NCBI GenBank assembly: GCA_965649825.1 | Contig: OZ287698.1 | Coordinates: forward strand, 1,317,949 to 1,381,948 | DNA length: 64,000 nt | Source: Penicillus capitatus | Lineage: Eukaryota; Plantae; Chlorophyta | Reading direction: 5' to 3' | Shown here: one piece after another, positions 19,003 through 32,565 of the stretch | How the letters are laid out: every line of letters starts with the position of its first letter | How positions within the stretch are numbered: the first letter of the stretch is position 1 | Translations under genes and position numbers: made by a program | The notes under the pieces: model-generated | Databases searched by the model: none | What the model was told of the DNA's origin: nothing | The model's input: only the letters and a program-made list of their open reading frames with translations

Positions 19003-21280
19003 CTAAAGAAAAGATATGCGCTTCGAGAACGATGATCTTTGATTGAGTTCCTTACTTGTTCTGGAAGGTGCGTGTCCTCCTCTTCTTCCATTGCTCATTC
19101 CAGGTGGAATGCTATGCCGCTCATCGCGTCTTGCTCCAGCAGATTGCCCATAACCACTGGAATTGGGAACTGACTGCATGAGGCTCACACTCGAGAGCGG
19201 TCCCCAACGATCTTTGAAATCTGGATGCAATCCGGAAGAGGGCTGTTCCTGAGCTGATGAACGCTGTTCGACGGACGGAGGCGGAGGATCGAAAGACACA
19301 AAAGGGACAAACTGACTGCCCGATGGTATTCTGTTGGGTTTCGGATGACCAATACTCTTCTCTGGTTCCTGTGACGGATAGGGATTTGTATTCGATCCCA
19401 AGGATGATCTCTCCAAACGATAAGCATCTGTATATTGCTGATTCTGGATGGTATTTGGGGGCACGGGGTCCCGATTGAGATCTGGGCGCTGTGCCACTGT
19501 CGACTGGTCCGCGAAGAGGTTATTGTTCTGCCTTCGACGATCTGGATGTGAAGGAGCCGAATTGCCAGCCGAAGAAAGAGTGTTGTTCCTGAGAGGGGCA
19601 GTGGCGTAATCTAAAAACATCCTCCTTTGAGATCATGCATGACGCGGGTCACTTCAAACTGGGATCCAATTTTGCTTGTCCGGTCGGTGTCGTTCTTTTG
19701 ACTTGGTAAGGGACGATTTCGTGATGGGTCTGGTTGATTTGGCTTGTTGATGCATACCTACGTCTCAAGTTTAGACAAGAGAAACAAGTACGGCACGGCA
19801 GACATGGCTTCTGGGATCCTTGTGTGCGTTGGTGGGTGGTGGAGGGCGTCGCTCGTTCCGTGTCCCCATGTTGTATTTTGCATCTCTTTGTGAGCAGCAT
19901 CGACGTCGCTCAGTGTGAACGAAGGGTAACCTTGCAGATGCTGATTCAAGAGATCTTCGTTTGCCTTCTTCTGAAGTTTTTCATACACTTTCTGCGTCAC
20001 ACTTTTTTCTCACTCTTTCCTTAAGCAACGCTTTAGCATACTTGATAGTGTTCAATTTCGCGGTCGATCTGACATAACTGGACTTTGGTCTGTTCGGCCA
20101 TGCTCAACAGTCCGTTCAGATTGGGTACAAGCAGACCGTTGATCAGCTGCATGAGACTCTGATAGAAGACACTACTCTGATGCACACGCACCAAGTTCGA
20201 CACACTATATCACACCATCATCGACGGGTTAATGGACTGGATAAACCAACTGCTGCTGATTTTGTTGTATCTTCTGGTAAGCTGTTCTTTCTTCATTGAG
20301 CAGCGTCTTGTGCAAATTGGCAACATCCATCAAACTATACTCGCATTGTTCGACAGGCGTCACAATCTTGATGGGAATTTCTTTGTGTTCGAACTGCATG
20401 GTTGATGATGATGCAGAGGCTTGGGCATCTCTTTGATCTAGTCACATCAGTCATTCCAGTGATTGGCACCAGACAGACATACCCTTTAAGGAACGAAGAA
20501 TTGCTTGCTTCATTTCTTCGTCATCATCTCTATCGATCTCCATGTGATGCAGTCCAACGCCGTTTGGTTGCGGAGCATTGGCCGTTTTTGTCTGGAAAGC
20601 CGTGCATTTAAGTACTTGATCACGATTGAAGCACGAAATGATCAATCCCACAAATCCAGAGTCCAAAGACTGGTGCTGAGCCTGATCACTGTTCGTTTGC
20701 AAAAGCACCAGACATTTCGAGGATCACGTCTAACCTGCGTGCGGAGATCGACATGTGAAGGCTGGACAGTGATGTTTGGATGCGAATGATACCAACCGAC
20801 TACTCTTGTGAGAATACCTACAGATTCGCCCGTCTCGGAGAATCCCCGAGGAAAGATGGATGGTCGTAAACCTGTCTTGTTTGTCAACTCTTCCGCTTTC
20901 GAAATGCATTCGCTGAGTTGATGATGACTGGGTTCCACACGATCCTAACGATCCATATTGCTAACAACAAACCAATGACATTTTCACGCACTTTTCGTCG
21001 GTCTGTGCGTATCTGAGGAATACATCTCCATATGCGACAAATGCTTTTGCCCGTTTCGGACCTCTGTTGATGTGAAACTGTCTTGGACCGTATGCGAGAA
21101 AACATGCGCGTTACCAGTATATCTCCGAGCAGGATGCCCATCACTTCTTCGCTTCCTGTTGTCAATGCATGCAGTGTACAGGTGTGCAACACGTCTGTAG
21201 CCATGCGAAAGTTTGACGAATTGGAAAGCTTGCGTTTAATGCGCTATACCACTAACGACGTTCACTTGGTCGAGAGACAT
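19003..21280 (-). CDS. BRCC36: BRCC36-like JAMM/MPN+ K63 deubiquitinase with a low-complexity C-terminal extension
   Basis: LHALTTGSEEVMGILLGDI, RTDRRK, VVGWYHSHPNITVQPSHVDLRTQ, FVGLIIS and LLNEERTAY. The C-terminal exons (19003-20000) and the first exon are less certain. Confidence 0.85.
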
Positions 21281-21399
21281 TTTTCCAAAGCGGCAAAATG
21301 CAGTCCATTCCGTGCATCATCCCTGAGTTAAAAGGATATGAGGAATTGAGCTAGATGTGGTCGATGTTCCGCTACGTCGTTATGAGACGAAGGGGGTCG

Positions 21400-24300
21400 A
21401 TTCACCTGGTTGCAGAAGATCAGAAATTTTCGAAGGGACGCACAAGAGCAGTCCTTTCCATCAGGTCTGGAATCCGCACTGAGAGCAGCATAAAATCTCT
21501 GACAATTCAGGTTGTCGCCGATTACTCTATGAGCGTTGAGGTTGAATAAAAGAGTGCCGACAAATACTTGAATAGCATTGCAGGTAAGTCATTTTATATG
21601 TCACGGTCACGTCGATCATGGTTGGCCTACCGTAAGCCAACAGATTGTGGAAATCATCCATTCATCCAAGTAAATGTTCTTTTGTTATTGGTAGCGGTAT
21701 TGAGAGTATGCATGTGTCTTATATTAATTCCCGCACGAAACAACAACTGCTTCGTCTCAACAGATGAATTCTCTAATCTGAATCGAAATGTACTGTCGGG
21801 AATCGTGTGACAACACCATTATAAAACTGTAAATCGAATCGCTCGCGACGACATCGATGACAATGCACTCAGACTTACCACTAGAAAATCAAGATTAATT
21901 ACAGGCCGAGTGCCGTCCTTAAATACATGCGATGGTCAAGGATTCCTAACCTTAATTTCCTAACAGCTGCGAACTTGTGCGCGAGTTCAACAACCATACC
22001 TCTATCGTTATGAGGAAGTTGCAAGGGTGTTCTCCATCTGTCGCTCTCCATTGCTTTGGAGCTCCTGGATGGCTGTTAGATGCGCGCAACAGTCGCTATG
22101 TTGTCATCCGCGCTTCGCATGCCAACCTCCAACATGTACAACGAGTACTCAGGAACCCGATGAACAGTTTGTTGATAACAGTATCTCATGTAAACTGAAG
22201 AACAAGGCGTGATAGGAGCTGTGTTGAGGCGATTGGCGCCGATGTGACACAAAGACTCCCCAAGTTTCTGGATGAAAAGTTGTGTTGTGTCGGATGTTGC
22301 GGAGTCGGTTGAGCCAGGAGGCGAACCTGGCTAAAACTTGGAAGACCAGAAAATCGAATAGGTACAGAGTGAACCTTGTGGCACAGCCACTTGAGATACT
22401 CCGGTTGTCAGAAGCTCATCAAAAAGTTCCACTTGCTGTCTCGGAAGAATTCCCGAAGTAAGAGGCAACAATACTACATATTTAATTGGTTGTCTTGTTG
22501 CGAGTTTGCTTATCAATTGTTCCTCGTTCTGTAGATTACCTCATCTCCGGGTTTTCTTTCTGCCTCCAATCTCTGTTGTAACTCAAATGTTACGGGCTTC
22601 CCTGCTCGTTTCGACAAGTGTTTTTGTCGCATTGATTCCGCGGAAAAGGTCGAGGAGGAGGCATGCCGTAGCATTTCTTGCGTCTTCTTTTGGGTAGTTT
22701 CTCCATGGAAGGTTTTGTGGTTTTGGACAATTATGGCACCTTTGTTTTCCGACCTACAACGTGAATTGCCGAATTTTGACATGAGCTTCGTGAGTTTTAG
22801 GAAAGCATGAGTTTGAATCGCAGTTTATTTTACAGTTGCTTTCGCCAATGGCATTTTACGACCCATTACTGGCCGCTAGTTAATTGTTCAAATGCTTCTC
22901 AAACTTCTAGCTTTCACCCGTTCATCTTTTATTGGATCATTCGTCTTTTGGCGACGTCTCAGAAGTGTTATGAGCGAGTCAGCAGTAGGCGCTTCCCAAT
23001 AGAGACGCAGTTCGATGTCCGAGTGGAGGGATATCAAATGTTGATCAGCATCAGGAGTTGCAGAGAAGTAAGTTTACTAATAGGATATTTAGGCTTAGAG
23101 GCCAGAAGTGTTCGACCTTGTTAGACACTGGAAGCACTGTCAATGTTTTACCGGAAGCAGAACCGAGGAAATTGAGAATGTCCATCTCGACCGACCTGTC
23201 CGAAAACCAAAAGCATGTGAGGACTTGTAACAGGCCCAATAGGCAAGTGCTTGACCGGTTACACTCAAGATTGACATTAGGCCTTGGGAGACAAAAGCAT
23301 GTTTTCTTGGTTCGGCGAGTCTTTAAGGTAATCTTAGGTTTACTAAGATTGAGCGACTTAGCAATGAATATCGATTCAACACGTGTAAGGAAAACAAAGG
23401 GAACAGGTTCTTTGTGATGAGTACAAGGACCAACCACCGTAATGTCATCATGTGGATGTGGCTATGGCTGTGTTTTAAGCATCTTGTTTGGATTCGAAAG
23501 GCCCAAACGGACGATCGTGATTAATTAATTGGGAGAAATCGCCGGGTTTCGTTTAATTTACAAAGATGGTAGAACTGGACTATGTCATGGGGAACCTTCA
23601 ATTGTTGGGCCAACGGACTGCATTAGTGAAGTGTTATCCTTTACATTGTCAAGTTAAAGCGCAAGCACAATTTTTCCAAAGCTATCAGCACCTAGATTGC
23701 TTCCATCTTATTAGGTCGATGAAAAGGGAGAGAGAGTTGAGCTCGAATCTGGAATGCATCAACAGCCTCAGTCCGTATCGCAGAAAACGATTTTGCTTGA
23801 GGCGCATTCGAGGGTTGAGCTTTTTGTATGTCAAGGAATTTTTGACTGTGTTATTTCTCTGCAAGTAATGTTGTTGTGAATCCTTCTCAGTTTCTTTCGA
23901 AAGAGAAATAATAAATGCTGTTCATTCTTTGACGCGTCGCAGTTTGACCAGTTCAGAATTGATTTCATGTTGTGAAAGAACGTGGAAGATTTCATAGATG
24001 TATAAAACAAACTAACGGCCTTGTAGAGAGTACATCAGTACGCGAATTAGTTTACGGGGGTCACTTCGTATCTTTTGAATACAAAGAACTTTGATCACCG
24101 AGGTGACGTTTCGGCCACCAGACACGGTCCCGTTTAGACAGAGAACAGACCAATTGCTTTTAATATCCATGCGATTTTCAATGACACAACCAACGACAAT
24201 CATTGAAAAACATACGATGACAAAAGCGTCCAATCTACAGTGTAAGCAATCAGGCGCGTACAGAATTCGGTGACAGCTTTTTATGTGCATTGTTTTCTTC

Positions 24301-25250
24301 CCAAGAATGTTTTTGCTTTTCGGCGTGGAAACTATGCTCTACCGGCAGCAAAGACATCGCTAGATGGATTCATCAAGAAGGTAGTTTCAAACTCTGGTAA
24401 AACAGAAACTCATTGTAGTGCGGATTACCAGGATACAGATTGCCGCAAAACTAAACTGCAATTAAAACGTGATCACTGGTTATCATGGAAGACAACCAGT
24501 TAGAGGCTAGTAGAACTACAAGGCATAAACTCTCAAACTGAAACTTATCCTAAAGGCCTCCAATCTTTGCTGACACTTTTAAAAAAGAAATCGTTTCAGT
24601 TGTTGGAGCAGGTTCAGTTTTTATTATCACCTCACGCGATGTCGCCGCTGAATCACTTTTACTCGACAGATAACCAATTCCAAAGCAGTTTTAGCCTTTG
24701 CATTTACCCGCTCGACGATTTTCTTCTTTTATAACCATCTGGAATTGGAGATTGCGAATCGCATATTCCCTTTATGTTCTCGAAACCATTTGTTACTCCG
24801 TTGTAGAGACAACAATGAATCATTAGTCGTTGAAAACTTGATATCTCTTCAGGTACACCCGGTTTGTAATTTCATGCATGGTCATCCTTTCTGTACAAGT
24901 ATTGTCACCGAAAGGCGTTCTGGCAAAAGGCCGATCTCTTTTCGGTGCTTCCCTCTATGTTTTGTCAGATTTAACTCGCCCTATTGACGATTCTTATCTA
25001 ACACCCAATTGCGAAAGACGAGTAGAACAACCATACGACTTACAGACAATAGACTCATATTATTGAGTCTAAGTTCTTCGAATAACTCAGACGGACGTTG
25101 TTTGTCAGTCAAATTACTTTCAAAGGAGTCCAGGAGAAAGCGTAAGAATTCTTTGTCAGTCAGCAGATCTTTACGATCGTGCACGATCCGGTAGCTTGTC
25201 TCTTGCTTGCCACCCGCCTCATTGACGATCATTTAGTTTCGTTCCTCAGA
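21400..25250. mobile_element. Degraded retroelement relic in an AT-richer, gene-free block
   Basis: Retropepsin-like CSTLLDTGSTVNVL...VILG on + (23058-23417) and a weak gag-like fragment on - (24981-25232). There are many stops and no LTRs or TSD were found. Boundaries are approximate. Confidence 0.45.
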
Positions 25251-25363
25251 AACGCAATACGTCATGATTGGCGAATGCATCTTGCTTAATGAACGCCTAC
25301 GACAGTAGACGGTACTGTTGAGGGAAATAGCTTTTCGTTTGTGTGACGCTTCTTGAGTGTATC

Positions 25364-27250
25364 ATGGGGGGTCTCAAAGACATATACTGTCGGACAAGAG
25401 ACACATTCCTTCGCAAAGGATTTGCAACCCGCAGCATTCAGAATTCATTCGACAATGCGCACGCAAACGAAGGGGGCCTGCGTGCCGTGTTGGGCGTTAG
25501 AGACCTGACAATGCTCGGCGTTGGTGCTATCATTGGCGCTGGCGTCTTTGTTCTAACAGGAGAAGCCGCAAAGGAATTCGCAGGGCCATCCATTATCATA
25601 TCTTACCTCTTCTCCTCAATTGCCGCTATCCTTCTCGCTCTCAGCTACGTCGAATTCGCCGTCGACCTTCCTGTGACTGGAGGAGCGTTCAACTATGTCT
25701 GTCTCGTTCAAGGAGAGTATCTCGCATGGTGATGATCGCTGTCCTTGTCGAGACGATGACAATCTGTTCTCTCCCTTTAGGCTAGCTGGATTTTGCATGA
25801 TGCTGGAATACAGTTTAGGAGCAGCTGCAGTATCCAAAGGGTTCAGTGGATATCTCGCCAGTCTGTTCGGTTTAAGCACATCTGCTTTTGTCGCCTCTGC
25901 ATCTATCTTTGATTTCGATGCCCTTGCCTTTGTCTTGATTTCTACTCTGGCACTCCTGCTGTACTTTGGAACGAAGGAATCCGCCTGGTTCAATTTCCTG
26001 GTCACAGCAACGAATCTTCTCGTGATTCTGTTCATCTTGGCAGTGGCAGTCGGCAAAGGAGATAAGGATCATTTTGATCCATTCGTGCCGCTGGGAACCC
26101 AGAATCTATTTCGCGCAGCAGCCGTCGTGTTCTTTGCATATATCGGGTTCGATAGTCTCGTGACAGTCGCTGCCGAAGTGAAGAATCCTCAAAGAGATTT
26201 GCCGATCGCCGTCGTTGGATCCATCAGCATCTGCACAGTGCTCTATATGTTGATGGCAGCCGCCCTGATTGGTCTGCAAGTGTAAGTCGGTACACTCACT
26301 CGTATCTCCTTGTGATTTGGGCATCGCACAGATACAATGAAATTGATGCGACTGCTCCATTTTCCGAGGCCTTTGTCTCTGTGGGAATGCGATGGGCTGG
26401 ACGGATCGTCTCCCTTGGAGCATTGACAGGAATCGTGACATCTGTGCTCGTGAATCTGCTCGGACAGTCTCGTATCCTCGTCGCCTTAGGCAGGCAGCAT
26501 CTTCTGCCTCCCTGGATCGTGAGTTCTTTCCTCTCTGCTTTCCCTCCTTTCGAGCATTTGTCACAGGCAGTCATCGACGAAAAACATGGCACGCCGAAGA
26601 ACGCATTGTTCGTAAATTGGGCAGCATCGGGTATCCTGGCCTTGCTGTTTGATATCGATATCTTGGCTCGGATGGTGTCGATGGGTACTCTCTTTGTGCT
26701 AACTCTTGTCTCTCTTGGGGCCATCCAACGTATGTACATCTCACGAAACACTCCCCAGTCAAACGTGTGGCCAGCATTGGTATCATCGTCTCGAGTTGAT
26801 CACTCAAAATGGATATGTGATCGCATTTAGATTCGGATCATGGTTTTGCTTGTAGCAGCAATCGTCGAAGGAGCAGTCTTTGCACTCGATGCACCACCAG
26901 TTGTGTTTGTCATTCCCTTGGTTATCGTTCTTCTCGTTACCATTTCTTTCTATCGACTGCCGGTCGTGTATATCCCTGAGAAGTTCGTCACACCGTTAAA
27001 GCCCGTGACTCCATGTGCAGCTGTCCTGTCAGCTGTGCATCTCATGTTCAGTCTGGGATGGGAAGCGCATTTGCTTTTCGTTGTCTGGCTGGTTTTGGGA
27101 TCGATTGCATATATCTGCTACGGTATGCACCACAGTGACGAACCAGTGGAGCAGACGATCAAACAAGTCCAGTTACAGCAAGCCGAAGGCGAACATCACG
27201 ACTCAAATCTAATGTCCGGCATCGCTGAACGTTCAGATGTCGCTCTGTAA
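25364..27250 (+). CDS. Cationic amino acid transporter (APC superfamily), multi-exon
   Basis: LGVGAIIGAGVFVLTG, AGPSIIISY, EFAVDLPVTGGAFNY, FAYIGFD, EVKNPQRDLP, GQSRI and SMGTLF. Confidence 0.93.
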
Positions 27251-27734
27251 CGTCATGTGAATGCAGGGCATTCTATATCACCATTCGTCCTTTCTTCAAC
27301 GCTTCACTTCTTTCATTCCTACGTCTCCTCTTGCCGTCATACATCAACGCCCCCTGTATGGAGTATCTCTTGCATCGCCAAAGATGGCTGATGCAAATAG
27401 TAGTTATTCATTTCAGGTATGAAAAATGGAGGGAGCCCAACAATACGCAGTAGCAATGAGCTTCAAGCGATAGTGTTTCTAAATGAGTGCTGGTGATGGG
27501 CTCTTCTCCTGGATAGGAGCTTCTGTTCATTTGGACAATGATCTGCATTTGACACTATGCCGCAAAACAGCTGACCGTTCGAAGATTGTAAACATCAATC
27601 GCCTCTAAAAAGAAGAAACGGAAGGTTCGGTCTCTGACGCGCGACTTCCCCTTTAATGATGTGACAGATAGACATGATGGCCGCGATTCCGTGCACGAAT
27701 AAGTCTTTGTGTCATCGTGTTCCTATAACACATC

Positions 27735-28511
27735 ATGTTTGGCGACTCCTCCAAAGGATGGATACCGTTCCAGACGGACGTGGAAATGGGATACGACAAC
27801 AGCTTTGACGTCGACGCTCGTCGCGGCTTTATTCGCAAAGTCTTTGGTACGCTTTTGTAAAAGCATCTCCGTCAACAACATTCGGTCGTTCTAGGTATCC
27901 TCAGTCTTCAACTGCTCGTAACGGCCTGCATCGGAGGCTTCATCGTTGGCGTCTCTGCCATCAAGAATTGGATGTTTACGAACATCTGGGTGTTCTATCT
28001 CGTTATGCTGGCCTCGTTTGTGTTCCTCATCGTTCTGGTCTGTACGCCAGATATGAAGAACCGATATCCTCACAACCTCATCTTGCTTTTTGCATTTACT
28101 GCTTGTGAGGGTGTGTTGGTGGGCACCGTATCTGCGACCTATGATCTCAATGCTGTCGTCTTAGCAGCTGTCATCACGACAGGAGTGACCATCGGGCTCA
28201 CGATCTTTGCCTTCCAGACGAAAATCGACTTTACATTGTTCAGTGGCGTCCTGTTTGCATGTTTGGTGGCCCTGTGTCTGACAAGCTTCATTCTTTTGAT
28301 CTTTCCTACAAATGGCACAGGATCCACGATATTTGCTGGACTGGGAGCATTGCTGTTTTCGGCTTACCTGGTCTATGATGTCCAGATGATTGCTGGCGGA
28401 CATAAACACGAACTGGGACTTGATGACTACATCCCAGCTGCACTCGCCGTCTATCTGGACATCATAAATCTCTTTCTTTTTATCTTGAGACTCCTGAGCA
28501 ATCGTAACTGA
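27735..28511 (+). CDS. BI-1/TMBIM family, Lifeguard-like protein 1
   Basis: RRGFIRKVFGILSLQLLVT, YPHNLILL, QTKIDFT, YLVYDVQMIAGG and AVYLDIINLF; one 48-nt intron. Confidence 0.92.
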
Positions 28512-28959
28512 AAAGGGACGACACGTTCTATGTAGCTCGAGGAGACTGAACAAACACACCTTCTACATAATTGTATAGCGCCGCTGTCACCATCACGTCT
28601 GGCTATGAAACAATGATATCAAAGATGATCATCAGCGTGACAATAGAGTAGAAGACATAGAATTACCAACCCTTGTGGAGCGAGCGTACCATCGATGAAC
28701 TTGCATTTCTAAACGCAATCTTTTCGGATTTCTTCGTTCTCACATTTCTGAACCGTTTTGCTATTGTCGAAGGTGAGAAGTACGTAGAATCTTCCTATCT
28801 GACGTCACCACTATCAGAATCTATAATATCGGAGTGATAAGAGTTTCACCGCATTGCTGTGTTCTGCTCGATCTTTCCTCCAGTCATCGACGTTGTATTC
28901 GAACCCAAAAGCTCAACGCATTTCGTCGACGCGATCGTTCGACTCAGTTGGTTGCCGCA

Positions 28960-29724
28960 ATGGACGATTACTCGCCGAGTATTGACAGCAGTTTCCTGAG
29001 AGACTACAGCATCAAAGAGCGACACGGATTCACCGCAAGAGCTTTCGGTGAGCAAAGCGACTTGGTAGTTTGCATTTGAAAACCTGATGTGTCGTCAGGA
29101 GTAATGTCTGCGCAGCTCCTTATAACGTTCATTGTTGCTTCTCCTTTTGTCTTCATTTCTTCTTTTGAAAGCTACCTTAACGATGAAAACCGCATCTGCT
29201 TCATCGTTGTACCCCTTGTCATTGTGGTGGCAGTCGGACTGCAGTTCATCCCACAAGTGCTCGAGGAGAATCCGCAACTGATTGTGGCGACCACGGGTCT
29301 CACCATCGGCGAAGGAGTTTCCTTTGGCATCGTCGCCGCCACTTTTGACCTCAATGCCCTGCTGCTCCTCCCTACTGTTGCCGCCGCGGTAACATTTCTA
29401 CTGTGCATTTACTCATTGCAACGAAAGATAGATTACAACCTGTTTTTCGGATTCCTCCTTTGCTTTATAATGGCGATCGTCGGTACTGTTATCGTGTTTC
29501 TAAAGGTCGACTTTCGCGACGAAATCTCGACAATTGCATGTGGTGCTGCGGCAGGCATCTTTGCTTTTTACTTTGCATATGATATTCAGCGTCTAGCTTG
29601 CGACCTTAGATGTCAACTGAATGATCTGATGGTTCTCTTGGGGATTCCGCTGAAGGCGTATTTCGATATCGTTCATTTGGTGATCAACGCATTTGATTCT
29701 CTAGCTGAAAACAAACCATTCTAA
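28960..29724 (+). CDS. BI-1/TMBIM family, divergent Lifeguard-like paralogue 2
   Basis: RHGFTARAFGVMSAQLLITF, QRKIDYN, YFAYDIQRL and AYFDIVHL; intron at the same position as in paralogue 1. Confidence 0.8.
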
Positions 29725-29760
29725 AAATCGCAGATCGAGAAAGGATTAAATCCAACAGCG

Positions 29761-29982
29761 TTATTTGTCCGAATGATGATGTTCGCCTTCAGAGCTTTCA
29801 TGAAGCATATCCTCTTCTGCGTCTTCGCTCACTGTCGCCACAGTGTCATGATGCGATACGGAAGGATTCGGAAAGAGGTCATCGAGACTGGGCCGTACAC
29901 CCGTTTCCAGCTCCTTGATTCGTAGCATCAACAGGAGCCTCTGCGCTTCAAGTTTGAATAGTGTCGCGTATTCGGGCTTCAT
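29761..29982 (-). CDS. Small hypothetical protein (73 aa)
   Basis: ATG-initiated ORF with an amphipathic helix LFKLEAQRLLLMLRIKELE and an acidic tail. No family recognised. Confidence 0.4.
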   Translation of the reverse strand: MKPEYATLFKLEAQRLLLMLRIKELETGVRPSLDDLFPNPSVSHHDTVATVSEDAEEDMLHESSEGEHHHSDK

Positions 29983-30367
29983 TTGGATGTCGGAGGCAAC
30001 AACGTCGAATCACTTTTGCGGGATCCGTTGTCTAGCTCGCATACGCCATTCGACGTGACGACAGCTAACGTTTGGCCAGTCAATGAGGAGAATGGAACGC
30101 CATTAGTCTCAACGCATTGACTCGGCTTCGGGATGGCGACGCGCTCGGAATGCGCGAGTCCTCTTCCCCTGAGTGTCTACAAAAGCATCCTGAGTCGAGT
30201 CGTCCTGTTTCCCGAAGAGCAACCCCCATGTACTGTTTAGCTAACGATTGAGCGGCTGGAGCTTTCTACTCAGCTGCCATTCTGCATATTCCTTCGCCGT
30301 GTCTGCCTGTCTGTTTTTGCTCTGAATGCACTTTTGATGCGTTTAAAACCTGTAACAGTCTCTCGTT

Positions 30368-32230
30368 TTACCACTGCAAACGTTGCACAACCGTTTTCTG
30401 CAGAGCATCTAATTTCTCGATCAAATTGATCACCGGAGCGTAGTGATCTGCCCGAGTGCTCTTATTCTGCAACTCGAGCACCCCCTGGACCTGAAACAGA
30501 CAGTCGACCACGGAAACAGAGCGACATACGGAATGACTTGATCTATGGAGCCATCGATGCGCTTGTCAAGGATCAACATCACCAAGAGCTGCTCCACATC
30601 CACCAACGAGATATTGAGCTTTTTAGATACGAACTTAAGAGTCACTCTTGTGTACGGCTGAATAAGTTTCAGCAAAACTTGTGTACGGACATTTGTAAGA
30701 AGATCTTCCAAGTATTGTCGGATGAAGGCATCTCCCAAAATACTTTCCCTGACAAACAGACACGATGAAGCTGCATATCTATCCAGTGATTCAATGCTCT
30801 TCTCACTCTTCCTCTTTCAAAATCCTTTCGAAGGAATTGATGTCATTGCGTTGGTAGGCATCAACCAGATCTGTCATAGCTTTGACCTGATGCAGGATAC
30901 AGGTAAGGGGACGCCAGTCGAAGGAGACAAACTTCGGGGTCATTCTTGTACGGCTGAGATTCCTGTGCCGTAAAGGGATCGACGGCCGATTCCATCAACA
31001 TCGTCGCCAGGACTAAGTACTTCAAACACTGAATACGACGCGAGGCACCAGCTTCATCGTAGCTCTTGAACGCCTAATGCCACACGTTCTAAGATAGATT
31101 GCTGGCGGTCTAGATCACTTCGAAGAAATCGGTGGCGGCATTTGACCATTGTTCATCTGCCATATGCATCTTGCCTCCACACTCACGTATGATTCCCATG
31201 ATTCTGCGAGGTATTCGCGATTAAATAGCTCGATGTGCCACGACACACCTTGGATGGGGGATAGCAGATTTCACAGTCAAGGCGTCGCGATAGAGTTCCT
31301 TCAACTTTTTGTTGTTCTTCTGTTCGGTATACATCTGAATCTCGACTGCGTAAATCTACAGTCACACACTGTGATTGCAGAACATCGGTGGAATGTCACC
31401 TCCAGCAGCTGAGTGCCTTTCTTCATATCTGATGAGCCGTCTTCGTTGGTGCAAGACCTATAACATCATGCAAACGCTATTTCTTGTCTCACCGAATCCC
31501 ACACACTTCTTCAATGCCTTCACAAGTTTTTCCAGCCGGCCGAAATCGTTCTTCTTGAAATAAAGGGCACAGAGTTTCAAATTCGTTTTGAACCAAAGCC
31601 TCTCGTTCTGCGATTCCTCCAGCGACTGCAACGTCATCTCATAGAACTGCTGAAGGATTTCGGCGTTTTTCAACTGGGAAAGAAACTCGAGCAGACTGTT
31701 GATCTTCTTCTCACTCTGATTGCGGGTTACCACGTTTTGTTTGACATAATCCAGCATCTGTCTGCACATCGACAGTGTGAAGAAGCTTTTCTGGAAAAGG
31801 CGAACCTGTATGCATCCATCATTTTTGTGTACTCTCCCAGATGACAGTGGATCTTAATGATCTGCTTCAACGCTTTGAATCCCCTGTCGAGAAGATCATC
31901 GCCGTTTGGAGCGAGGGAAACGATCTGACCATTCCCCTGGTTCTGATTCCATTTCCATAATGCTCTCAAACCCTTCGCGAGCCTGGACGAGCGATTCTCC
32001 CTCTCCTAAAATCCCTTCGTGGAATGCCTCGAGATCAGTTCACACAGTGTCGTGATATCGGACGCGTGCCTTTGGAATTGTAGTACTGGTTTTCCACATC
32101 GACGTCGACGTCCATGTCGTCTTCGGAATAGTAGACATCACTGATGTCACTGTACTCGTAGCCTGCGGTAATAGACAGAGATAGACCAACGAGAGTCGTC
32201 TTTCTGCGATAACTCGCCATCATAGCTCAT
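30368..32230 (-). CDS. CSN2: COP9 signalosome subunit 2, multi-exon
   Basis: [59 protein letters not shown] and [12 protein letters not shown]. The first exon MSYD joins through a GC-AG intron. Confidence 0.93.
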
Positions 32231-32565
32231 CGTCGCCACTGCGGTATGGAAACTCTCCAATTCGAAGGCTGAACAATATTGTACGGTGGGCGGTTTCTAC
32301 GGCGTGTTCCGTATGTCAATGACGTAACGATGACGCTCGTACACATCATTACGTGATCAATGAAACTCTGGCCAAATCGAACACCAGAATGACGGACGTT
32401 CGAATCAGCGTTAGTAACACGAGTGAGAATGCGTAGCCACAGTATGTGGCCCAGTTATTTAAGCGGTACAGCCATTCTCGTTTTCATTCTTTGCAAGTGT
32501 TCTCGGTCCTCTTTTCACTGATCTCCAAGGAGCTCTTCTCTGCTCTTGTTTCATATCGACTGACC

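Noticed and set aside
19003-32230. Functional clustering of BRCC36 (JAMM) and CSN2 (PCI)
   Set aside because: They belong to different complexes and are separated by unrelated genes; proximity is probably chance.
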